A DNA stretch of 64,000 nucleotides, taken from NCBI GenBank assembly GCA_963791045.1, contig CAWBQK010000010.1:35824-99823 (forward strand). The letters are read 5' to 3'. Shown one piece after another: positions 53,570-61,782 of this stretch (position 1 is its first letter; each line of letters begins with the position of its first letter). Both the position numbers and the translations under genes were made by a program. Source of the stretch: Candidatus Latescibacterota bacterium (GTDB lineage: Bacteria; Krumholzibacteriota; Krumholzibacteriia; WVZY01). Under the pieces are notes generated by a model that had not been told where the DNA came from, ran no database searches, and saw nothing but the letters and a program-made list of their open reading frames with translations.

Positions 53570-54520
53570 CTACCGCGGTTCCGTCGCCCGGCTGATAAAC
53601 ACACGCAGGCTGTCGATATCGAGCGCGTATTTCTCGACACCATTGGGAACGATTACTTCGGGAGCGAGCATGTATTGCCCGGTCGGTTTACCGCTGAGAT
53701 CCACCAGCACCGATACATCCCGCGACGACAACGTGTCGAGAAGAGCGCTCGGGCCCTCGAGTGTGAGCGACACCGTGTTCGGGAAAACCTCGGTTGTGAA
53801 GTCCTCGTGATCGACAAGAATCGTCGGCGGAATATGGGCGAGCACGCGGCGTCTTCGTTCGCTCACATAAACGGCAACCAGGACCCTGGAAGGTTCACAG
53901 CTAAAAAGGTCCGGGTTAAAGTCGAGATCGACATCCCGTTCGATCGACTCTCGAATCTTCCCGAGGTCGATCGGTTTGGTAAGAACCTTGTCGAGCGGCT
54001 CGACGGCGCTCTGCGCGCCCCTCACCATCACCCAACCAGGCACCGATTCGGGGACGGAACTCAAAAGCTGTTCTCCGGGTAAATTACCCGCGAGCGAGAC
54101 GCCGACCCGGACCCGTTTGGCCACCACGAGTTCGAGAGTCACGTCGATAAGCAGGGGCGCATTGATCCGCACGTTTCGCGGTTCGACACCCGGCGGCAGA
54201 AGAACGTCCGACACGGACAAGCGCTGGCTGAACCTGCCCGGCGCCGCCCGGTTCATGTTCACCGCCACGCGAATCCGCTTGAATCCCATGAGAAGCAGAT
54301 CCCGGCGCGTACCGGTTATTTCAAGCTCCGCTTCTTCGGGAACCCTGCCGGTGACCGTCAACGAATCGGGAACATTGACAAACATAAGCGGGACCTGGAA
54401 CGTTCTCTCGTCTTCACGCTGACCGATCGCGTTGAACCAGATCGCCACCGCGACGAGAAGCGCGAGGAGTTTCACGCCGACGTTTCCTATAATTCCGTGT
54501 GCGAATTTAGCGCCCGTCAT
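53570..54520 (-). CDS. YbbR/CdaR-like domain protein
   Basis: N..VKLLALLVAVAIWF N-terminal TM; repeated VPL..VNVP / P..V.V.G YbbR modules. Confidence 0.88.
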   Translation of the reverse strand: MTGAKFAHGIIGNVGVKLLALLVAVAIWFNAIGQREDERTFQVPLMFVNVPDSLTVTGRVPEEAELEITGTRRDLLLMGFKRIRVAVNMNRAAPGRFSQRLSVSDVLLPPGVEPRNVRINAPLLIDVTLELVVAKRVRVGVSLAGNLPGEQLLSSVPESVPGWVMVRGAQSAVEPLDKVLTKPIDLGKIRESIERDVDLDFNPDLFSCEPSRVLVAVYVSERRRRVLAHIPPTILVDHEDFTTEVFPNTVSLTLEGPSALLDTLSSRDVSVLVDLSGKPTGQYMLAPEVIVPNGVEKYALDIDSLRVFISRATEPR

Positions 54521-55901
54521 GTCGTTCCCGGATCACGAGTTCCTGCCCCACACGAATGACGTCTTTGTTCCCGAGTCTGTTGGACTCGCGAATCGACGCC
54601 ACGCTTGTACTGTACTGTTTTGAAATCCCCCACAACGTATCGCCCCGTCTTACCTTGTGCACGAAAAGGCGGCCCGTCTCGTCGGGCGGCGGGGGGTATT
54701 TCCGGAGATATGAGATTATGCCGGCTGCTATGGCGTCGGCCGCGGCTTGCCTGCCCTTTGCATTTTTGAAGATCGACGCATCCTTGGAGTTGGAAAGAAA
54801 ACCCGCCTCAACCAGGACCGAAGGGATGTCCACCGACTTGAGCACGGCGAACGATTTTTGTTTGACGCTGCGGACGGGGGGAAGATCCTTCCTGTCCATC
54901 GCTTTTAAGATTTCTTCCCCGAGAAGAAGGCTTCGCTGCATCATCGCCTGCTGGTTGACGTCGACGAGCATATGCATGATGTCGTCGCTCTCCGGTGCGT
55001 CCAGACCAAGTTCTCTTGCCGCGTTCTTTCTGTTGGACAAAAACTTTTTCGCGGTCGCCTCGGCCCCCGCCGGAGATATCAAAAACAACTCAACCCCTCT
55101 GGCGCTCCGCCGGGGCGCCGAATTGAGATGGATGCTCACGAAAATATCGGCGTTTCGCTTCTTCGCGATACGCGTCCGCTCGACCAGATTGAGAAAAACG
55201 TCACTGTCGCGCGTCATAACCGCTTTGAAACCATCTTTTTCGTTTATCTTACGGGCCACCCGCCGCGATATATCCAACACGACGTCCTTTTCCCGCAGCT
55301 TATACTTGCCGGTGGTTCCCGGATCCTTCCCCCCGTGACCGGGATCAATGGCGACTATGATCTGCTGTTTCGCCTCCGGGGGACGCATGCGCGCCGGAGG
55401 AGGAGAAGAAGCCGTCGTCGTTTTTGCTTTGGTATTTGCCGGCACCTTCGGCTTGGTCGACGCCGTTTTGTTTGCCGGTTGACCGGGGCCGTTTTTTACA
55501 TCGACGACAATCCGGTTGGGCATCCCGTCGACGGGAACGAGATACAGATCGTTCCATTCCGCCGCGTGCCTCAGGTCGAGAACAACCTGCGTTCCCCAGG
55601 ACAGCCTGTTGATACGCACACGCCGGACAACTCCGTCGTTTATGTCGGCGCGCTTGGCGTCTCGGGAGAGTCTGACACCGGTGAGATTGATGGCGATCCG
55701 GTCCGGATTCGCGAATTTTCGAATCTTATAGTCCGCCCGCCCGGAGAGATCGAGGACAATCCTCGTCCGATCGGGGGCGACTGTGTACCTTATTTTTGAA
55801 AGCGAGGGAGAAGGGCTCGATGTTGAATGGGTGTTCGTCGCCCATGCGCCAAGGAGAAGCACCAGTGTAACAACCGTTGATATACGTCTGATGATCAACA
55901 T
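54507..55901 (-). CDS. N-acetylmuramoyl-L-alanine amidase (AMIN + Amidase_3 + LysM)
   Basis: RTRIVLDL/NPDRIAINL AMIN repeats; IDPGHGGKDPG, FVSIHLNS, SVLVEAGF; HKVRRGDTLWGIS LysM. Confidence 0.95.
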   Translation of the reverse strand: MLIIRRISTVVTLVLLLGAWATNTHSTSSPSPSLSKIRYTVAPDRTRIVLDLSGRADYKIRKFANPDRIAINLTGVRLSRDAKRADINDGVVRRVRINRLSWGTQVVLDLRHAAEWNDLYLVPVDGMPNRIVVDVKNGPGQPANKTASTKPKVPANTKAKTTTASSPPPARMRPPEAKQQIIVAIDPGHGGKDPGTTGKYKLREKDVVLDISRRVARKINEKDGFKAVMTRDSDVFLNLVERTRIAKKRNADIFVSIHLNSAPRRSARGVELFLISPAGAEATAKKFLSNRKNAARELGLDAPESDDIMHMLVDVNQQAMMQRSLLLGEEILKAMDRKDLPPVRSVKQKSFAVLKSVDIPSVLVEAGFLSNSKDASIFKNAKGRQAAADAIAAGIISYLRKYPPPPDETGRLFVHKVRRGDTLWGISKQYSTSVASIRESNRLGNKDVIRVGQELVIRERHDGR

Positions 55902-56051
55902 CTGCGTCGACGGTTTCCTTTGGGCGCGAAAAGCGCAACTCATGGATGGAACGGCCGGGCCGAGTTCCACCGGGTTTTGCAGGAGACATTTCTGATGCGT
56001 ATCAAAAATAGAACAGGGGGAAAGTAAATGGCAAGAGAATATTCAGTCCCT

Positions 56052-56981
56052 CTAATCCACAACTTCGCGGTTGGAAAGCACATAGGCCAGGGGATTCTTT
56101 TTCTTCCCATCCTTCGTCACTTCGTAATGAAGGTGAGTGGCCGTCGACCGGCCCGATGACCCGACCCGTGCAATCACATCTCCGCGTTTTACTCTTTTAC
56201 CCTTCTTGACAAGGAGTTTAGAGCAATGGGCATATCGGGTGGCGAAACCGTGCCCGTGTGAGATTTCAACGGTCCAACCAAACTGGTACCATTTGCCGGC
56301 AAAGGTCACGACCCCATCAGCGGTAGCGAGAATGGGAGTGCCCAGGCGCGCCGAGTAATCTACCCCGTGATGCCACGAGGTTCTCCCTGTGAAGGGATCC
56401 ATCCGACGGCCGAACCGGCTCGAAACATAACCCGAAGGAAGTGGTCGAATTGACGGTGTTGCGTTGAGCTGTGCCTGTCGTTCCGCGAGCGTCTCGATGA
56501 TCGTTTCGTAACTTTCCCTCTGCAGTCTGGCCTGGCGGGTAAGTTTGTCGATATCTTCACCCAGAATGTTGACCCTCCCGCGCGTCCCCTCATCCAGGAG
56601 CGAGAGAGACTCGATGGCGCCATAATCGGGACCACCGACACCGACCTCGGCAACGTCACCGTCCAGATCGTCCAGGTTGGCGAGAATACGGGCCTTTTTC
56701 TGAAAATCGAAATTCTGCTGAACCTGACGTTCCAGCAGCTCGACCCGTTGGGCGTAATCGTCCAGCTGTCCCCGGAGAACATCGTTTTCTTCCGCGGCTT
56801 GCGTCAGCCGATCGGCGGTCAACGCGCTCGTCGACAAATTGATTACGAATACGGTCGCAGCGGCCACGGACAGGGCCACAAACGCCAAAATCCCGAAAAC
56901 GAGAAGTTTCGGGACGCGGACGGTCTTCAGCCCGCCGTCCTTCTTGGGGACGTACATGAATGTGAAATATTTGTTCTTCAT
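56052..56981 (-). CDS. M23 family metallopeptidase with TM and coiled coil
   Basis: PSIRP...SSRFGRRMDPF, HHGVD, TRYAH, GRSTATHLHYEV. Confidence 0.95.
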   Translation of the reverse strand: MKNKYFTFMYVPKKDGGLKTVRVPKLLVFGILAFVALSVAAATVFVINLSTSALTADRLTQAAEENDVLRGQLDDYAQRVELLERQVQQNFDFQKKARILANLDDLDGDVAEVGVGGPDYGAIESLSLLDEGTRGRVNILGEDIDKLTRQARLQRESYETIIETLAERQAQLNATPSIRPLPSGYVSSRFGRRMDPFTGRTSWHHGVDYSARLGTPILATADGVVTFAGKWYQFGWTVEISHGHGFATRYAHCSKLLVKKGKRVKRGDVIARVGSSGRSTATHLHYEVTKDGKKKNPLAYVLSNREVVD

Positions 56982-57026
56982 CTCAATCGATCGCTTGGCA
57001 AATAACAGGCCGTCAAATCTTCGGGT

Positions 57027-57055
57027 AGGCTAATGAATGCCCCCCCGCATGTCAA
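57027..57055 (-). promoter_or_regulatory. Putative sigma70 promoter for the M23 peptidase gene
   Basis: TTGACA-17 nt-TAGCCT. Confidence 0.45.
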
Positions 57056-57212
57056 GCGCATTCTCCCAAACCTGATGAAGGGCTGCAACTTCCATACCAC
57101 GGGGACACTCGATGGGGCCTCGTTTAAATACAGAAGGTTACCCGGTGCGTCAAATTATAGCACCGGGCAACCTTCCGGTATTTGGCGATATCGAGGCCAA
57201 AAGAGCAATCGG

Positions 57213-58094
57213 CTAGCCCTCGATATAACCTTTGAGGAACTTGGACCGCGACGAGTGGCGAAGCCGAACTATCGCTTTTTCCTTGATCTGGCGGATACGT
57301 TCTCTCGTGAGTGAGAGCTTCTTGCCGATTTCTTCGAGGGTAAACGGTTCCTCTCCGTTGAGTCCGAAATACAGTGAGAGGATCAGCTTTTCCCGATCCG
57401 AGAGCGTATCGAGCGCTTTCTCCATATCGTCGCTCAGCGCACGTTCGTAGGTTTGTTCGTCGGGACTCTGAGCGTTGTCATCCTGGAGATAATCGACGAG
57501 CGCGCTGTCATCCTGATCGTTCGAATAAGGATCATCGAGGGACACATGCGTATTGGCGATGTGCATGGTGTCCTGAACCTCGGTTTCCGAAATCTTTAAT
57601 TTTTTGGCAATCTCCGCAGCGCTCGGAGCCCGTCCCAGTTCCTGGTCGAGCTGGCGCGATGCCTTCCCGATCCGGTACAAGGTTCCCGCTCTGTTGAGGG
57701 GAAGCCGGACGATCCGGGAATGCTCAGCCAGCGACTGGAGCATCGCCTGACGGATCCACCAGACAGCGTACGAAATAAACTTGTACCCACGTTCCTCATC
57801 GAAACGGTGCGCGGCCTTGATAAGACCGAGATTACCGTCGTTGATGAGGTCCTCGAGGGCCAGACCCTGATTCGCGTACTGTTTCGCGATCGAGACAACG
57901 AACCTGAGGTTCGCTTTGACGAGCCCATCGAGCGCGTCTTTGTCTCCCTTTTTGATCCGGCGCGCGAGTTCTTGCTCTTCTTCACGCTTGAGCAGGGGTG
58001 TCTTATTGATCTCGTGGAGGTAGACGTCGAGACTGCGGTTGCCGCCTGTGCTCTCGTTCTTCGCTCCCCGTCTTTTGGCTGGATCTGGCCTCAT
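57213..58094 (-). CDS. RNA polymerase sigma-70 factor, RpoD/SigA family, lacking region 1.1
   Basis: SLDVYLHEI..TPLL, ANLRFVVSIAKQY, KFISYAVWWIRQA, TLEEIG, TRERIRQIKEKA; 293 aa. Confidence 0.96.
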   Translation of the reverse strand: MRPDPAKRRGAKNESTGGNRSLDVYLHEINKTPLLKREEEQELARRIKKGDKDALDGLVKANLRFVVSIAKQYANQGLALEDLINDGNLGLIKAAHRFDEERGYKFISYAVWWIRQAMLQSLAEHSRIVRLPLNRAGTLYRIGKASRQLDQELGRAPSAAEIAKKLKISETEVQDTMHIANTHVSLDDPYSNDQDDSALVDYLQDDNAQSPDEQTYERALSDDMEKALDTLSDREKLILSLYFGLNGEEPFTLEEIGKKLSLTRERIRQIKEKAIVRLRHSSRSKFLKGYIEG

Positions 58095-58149
58095 GGCTTT
58101 TTGTCCTTGGTTAGATGTCCGGTCCGACTTCGCAACACATCTATTATCA

Positions 58150-59631
58150 CTACTTGTTGGGAATCACCGGTACATACTGTGACGTTCGTTCTCTTTTGAT
58201 CAGGAAAGCAATTGGTTCCGTCCGGTCTTTCAACTTCTCGGAGATATCGACGTAGTCTTTCAAGTTCTCCACCTTCCGAGAATAAACTTCCGTTATCACA
58301 TCGCCTTCCTGAATCCCCGCACGACCCGCCGGACTTCCCTCCTCAACCCCGATAACCTTGACGCCGTTTTCTTCGTTGCTTCCGACGTCGTCCACGCTCA
58401 GTCCGAGCCAGCTTTCCTGCCGCTGCGGAGCCGCGGCCAGCACATTGTCCCTTGGTCTCTCTGTCAGTATGATGCTCAATTCTTCGCGTTCGCCGTCACG
58501 GACAACGACGACCGGGACACTGGTGCCTACTTCTGTGTTACCGACCATTAGTCGGAACCTGTCGTCATCCCTTACAGAATTTTTGTTGTATTCCACAATA
58601 ACGTCATTTTTCTTAAGCCCCGCCTTCTCGGCCGGCGTATCCGGGAGTACCTCGGTCACGAGGATTCCCGCTTCGACATCAAGATTGAGCCCCTGTGCGA
58701 GGGTCTTGTTGAGCTCCTGGAGACGGATGCCCATAAACCCATATTGCACATGGCCGTTCGCGATCAGCTGCCGGCTGATGTTCTTGGCCATATCGATGGG
58801 AATCGCGAACCCGATCCCCTGTCCGGATGCGTTGATCGCCGTGTTGATCCCGATCGCCTCACCCTTGAGATTGACCAGCGGGCCGCCGCTGTTTCCGAAG
58901 TTGATCGACGCGTCGGTCTGGATGAAATCCTGATACAGGTTGGCATTGCCGCCCATAATATACAGGTCCGTCCGGCCCTTAGCGCTTATAACACCGACAG
59001 TTACCGATCCGGACAGCTGCCCGAACGGTGTCCCGATCGCCATAACCCAGTCTCCGACACGCATTTCGCTGGAGTCGCCAAGCGGTATAACCGGCAATTC
59101 CCCGTCGGCGTCGATCTGGATAACTGCGATATCCGTAAAGGCATCGAATCCAACAACTTCGGCCTTGTATTCGATTTCATCCGGAGCATAACCCAGAACG
59201 ACTGTGATCTCATCGGCATCGCGGATGACATGATAGTTGGTCAGGATCCGCCCTTCGTCATCGATGATGAATCCCGAACCGCCGCCGGGTACCCGGCGAG
59301 GGTGATCTTCGGGAAGGTTTTCGCGGAAGAAATCAAACGGTCCGAATCCCTCGCGCTGCTCGTCCCCGCTGATCTCGCGCTCGGTCTTTATGTAAACGAC
59401 ACCCGGTGTCACAACCTCGGCCACATCCGCAAATGTGGAGTGAAACTGCCCCGGAGCGGGTAACGCCGAACGCTGGACAGTAGCCTCGGCCTGGACAGAC
59501 GCCGGATCCATATCAGTCGTCAGTATCAGACTCGCCATAAACCCAGCGAGAAACACGGCCGTGCCCAACAAAAACACCCTGAGCGAGCGGCGCAACGACG
59601 TCATTAGCGGTCTCACGACAAACCTTTCCAT
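58150..59631 (-). CDS. HtrA/DegQ family serine endoprotease with two PDZ domains
   Basis: GSGFII, LTNYHVI, DIAVI, FIQTDASINFGNSGGPL, GIGFAIP; two PDZ domains. Confidence 0.97.
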   Translation of the reverse strand: MERFVVRPLMTSLRRSLRVFLLGTAVFLAGFMASLILTTDMDPASVQAEATVQRSALPAPGQFHSTFADVAEVVTPGVVYIKTEREISGDEQREGFGPFDFFRENLPEDHPRRVPGGGSGFIIDDEGRILTNYHVIRDADEITVVLGYAPDEIEYKAEVVGFDAFTDIAVIQIDADGELPVIPLGDSSEMRVGDWVMAIGTPFGQLSGSVTVGVISAKGRTDLYIMGGNANLYQDFIQTDASINFGNSGGPLVNLKGEAIGINTAINASGQGIGFAIPIDMAKNISRQLIANGHVQYGFMGIRLQELNKTLAQGLNLDVEAGILVTEVLPDTPAEKAGLKKNDVIVEYNKNSVRDDDRFRLMVGNTEVGTSVPVVVVRDGEREELSIILTERPRDNVLAAAPQRQESWLGLSVDDVGSNEENGVKVIGVEEGSPAGRAGIQEGDVITEVYSRKVENLKDYVDISEKLKDRTEPIAFLIKRERTSQYVPVIPNK

Positions 59632-59761
59632 ATTTTGGAACTTCCTTAGACGTATACAAACGAATAGGTTGGGGGAGCCGTGGGGGGCGAAACTATTCGT
59701 TTCATCCCGGATTCAGAGGTCTGTCCTGCAGATTTCGGAGCTAAGTGAACCTTCCATAAGA

Positions 59762-59790
59762 ATTTTAGCCCAGATTCCGAAACCTGTCAA
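59762..59790 (-). promoter_or_regulatory. Sigma70-type promoter (proximal) for htrA
   Basis: TTGACA-17 nt-TAAAAT. Confidence 0.7.
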
Positions 59791-59873
59791 GCTCCCGTAA
59801 CTAATTTACTATGCTTAGGTTATTTCTATGCGGGGCGAGATGAGCTGTTCACGCAAGAAGGATTTAGCAAAAC

Positions 59874-59902
59874 AGGATACCAATTGCGCAATACCGTGTC
59901 AA
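59874..59902 (-). promoter_or_regulatory. Second (distal) sigma70-type promoter with a palindrome in the spacer
   Basis: TTGACA-17 nt-TATCCT with TGn extension; ATTGCGCAAT palindrome at 59883-59892. Confidence 0.5.
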
Positions 59903-59983
59903 GTCCGATCTATCTCAATCGCCCCAATTTCTTTACCCACTTGTTATACGATATGCCCCTCCCAGGGTTCCGGAAATTGCGTC

Positions 59984-60011
59984 TTGCAGCCAGAAATAGA
60001 ATTGGTACAAT
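59984..60011 (+). promoter_or_regulatory. Putative promoter for lpxH
   Basis: TTGCAG-16 nt-TACAAT with TGn extension. Confidence 0.45.
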
Positions 60012-60112
60012 GGGATGCAGTATTTCTACAGGCTGGGGCAGCGTTTATTCAATCCAATCTGAACCCCACCCGGCAGGGGTCTGGCGAGGGCGGCCACACC
60101 GTCGAGACAACG

Positions 60113-60877
60113 ATGACAGAAACGTATAAAAAGATAGCGGCCAGCGAAGTGTTTTTTGTCGCTGACAGCCACTTCAGGGACCGGGCGCTGCCCGGGGAAG
60201 CCGAGCGCAGGGACCGTTTCGCGCGGCTCCTCGAAACGGTCCCCTCGGACGGGGCCGTATTCCTGTTGGGCGACATATTTGATTTCTACTTCGAGTACAA
60301 GTCGGTCGTGTCCAAGCGGTACTTCGACATCTACCACGCGCTCTACGAGTGCTCGTCGAGGGGCGTCGAAGTGCACTTTCTCGGTGGGAACCACGACTAC
60401 TGGTTCAACAATTTCCTCGAGGACGAGATTGGCGTGGCTTCGCACGGCGAACACCTGTTCGTCGAGTGCCAGGGACGCCGGATCTGGTGCACGCACGGAG
60501 ATCTCTTCATGCCGGGTGACGAAAACTACACTACCGTCCGGTCGATCCTCCGGAATCGGTATGTCATCGCCGCGGCGAAGATAATTCACCCCGATCTGAT
60601 GGACGCCATCGCCAAGAAGGTCTCATACGGGAGTAAAGCGAGGGACAGGGGATCTGTCGAAGACATGGCCAACCAGCTCGCCGCCAGGCCAACCCAGCAA
60701 TTCTTCTCGCGCGGTAACGACGTGTTCGCCATGGGGCACGTCCACTACCCGCTCCACCAACAGAAAAACGGCAACGATTTTCTGATCGTCGGCGACTGGA
60801 TCACAAAATTTACCTATGGATTGATGAAGGACGGCCGGATCTCGCTGGAGACCCTCAGTTCCGGAGAGACAGACTGA
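60113..60877 (+). CDS. lpxH: UDP-2,3-diacylglucosamine diphosphatase (LpxH-like metallophosphoesterase)
   Basis: FVADSH, LLGDIFDFYFEY, GNHD, HGD, MGHVH, VGDWI motifs. Confidence 0.85.
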   Translation: MTETYKKIAASEVFFVADSHFRDRALPGEAERRDRFARLLETVPSDGAVFLLGDIFDFYFEYKSVVSKRYFDIYHALYECSSRGVEVHFLGGNHDYWFNNFLEDEIGVASHGEHLFVECQGRRIWCTHGDLFMPGDENYTTVRSILRNRYVIAAAKIIHPDLMDAIAKKVSYGSKARDRGSVEDMANQLAARPTQQFFSRGNDVFAMGHVHYPLHQQKNGNDFLIVGDWITKFTYGLMKDGRISLETLSSGETD

Positions 60878-61769
60878 TCCGGTGGCTGTCGCCGAGGTCG
60901 TTGCTCCCCAGTAGCATCCCATAGTCAAAATCGAACTTCCGGTACCGCACACCCAGGCCGAACGTCGCGCCCTGGGAATCGTATCCCCCCTTGAAACCCG
61001 CACGAAGGAACAACAGACGCGAGTAACCATACTCGGCGCCAATGTGCTGTTTGGAGTTGCCGTCATTGGGAAAGATGACATCGAGCGTGAGAAGAATGTC
61101 CCCTTTCAGGGTCTCGACGTGGCGGTCATAGCTACCGCCGATCTTGAACATGCGCGGCAGCGCGAACTCTTCTTCAACGAACTTCATCGGCGACCCGAGA
61201 TTCGCGAGCACCGCGGCAAACTTGACACCCTCGATCCGGCTCACATGATAAACACCAAGGTCGAAACCCAATCCACTCGCGGACGAGTTATCGATTTTCT
61301 GGTATATCGGTTTTACCGCGACGCCAGCAGAGAGGTTCGGGAGAAAATAGCGCGAATAGGCCAGTGCAAACGACACGTCGTATGCGCCAAACGTCCCCAA
61401 CGGCACTTCCGACGGCGTATCCTCGTACCGGTCCATGTCGTCCATGTAAAGTCCGGTAAAACTGATACCAAACGTGCCGTAGTCGGTCTCATGCGTAACG
61501 GCGAGCTGCTCAAGACGGACGGACTGGAAATACTCGTTATGAGTAAACATCATGTTGGTTCCGAGAACGGGACTCATCGCGGCGGGATTCCAGTATACCG
61601 ACGACGCGTCTTTTGCGACCGCAGAGAACGCCTCACCCATACCGGCCGCACGGCCGCCCATACCGAGACGGAGGAACAGCGCTCCCGAATCGCCGGGATC
61701 ACCCGCTAGAAGACTCGTCGGCATGACGAGAACAAGAAGCAATAACACGAGGTGAAGGGTTTTTCGCAT
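60855..61769 (-). CDS. PorV/PorQ-family outer-membrane protein
   Basis: AAGGAG RBS; signal peptide; FLRLGMGGRAAGMGEAFSAVAKDASSVYWNPA; GAEYGY...LRAG; DLGDSHRISL. Confidence 0.9.
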   Translation of the reverse strand: MRKTLHLVLLLLVLVMPTSLLAGDPGDSGALFLRLGMGGRAAGMGEAFSAVAKDASSVYWNPAAMSPVLGTNMMFTHNEYFQSVRLEQLAVTHETDYGTFGISFTGLYMDDMDRYEDTPSEVPLGTFGAYDVSFALAYSRYFLPNLSAGVAVKPIYQKIDNSSASGLGFDLGVYHVSRIEGVKFAAVLANLGSPMKFVEEEFALPRMFKIGGSYDRHVETLKGDILLTLDVIFPNDGNSKQHIGAEYGYSRLLFLRAGFKGGYDSQGATFGLGVRYRKFDFDYGMLLGSNDLGDSHRISLSLRN

Positions 61770-61782
61770 GGTCCGTCTCCTT

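Noticed and set aside
60855-60877. Convergent 23-nt overlap of lpxH and the PorV-like gene
   Set aside because: Short convergent overlaps are common and there is no sign of function.
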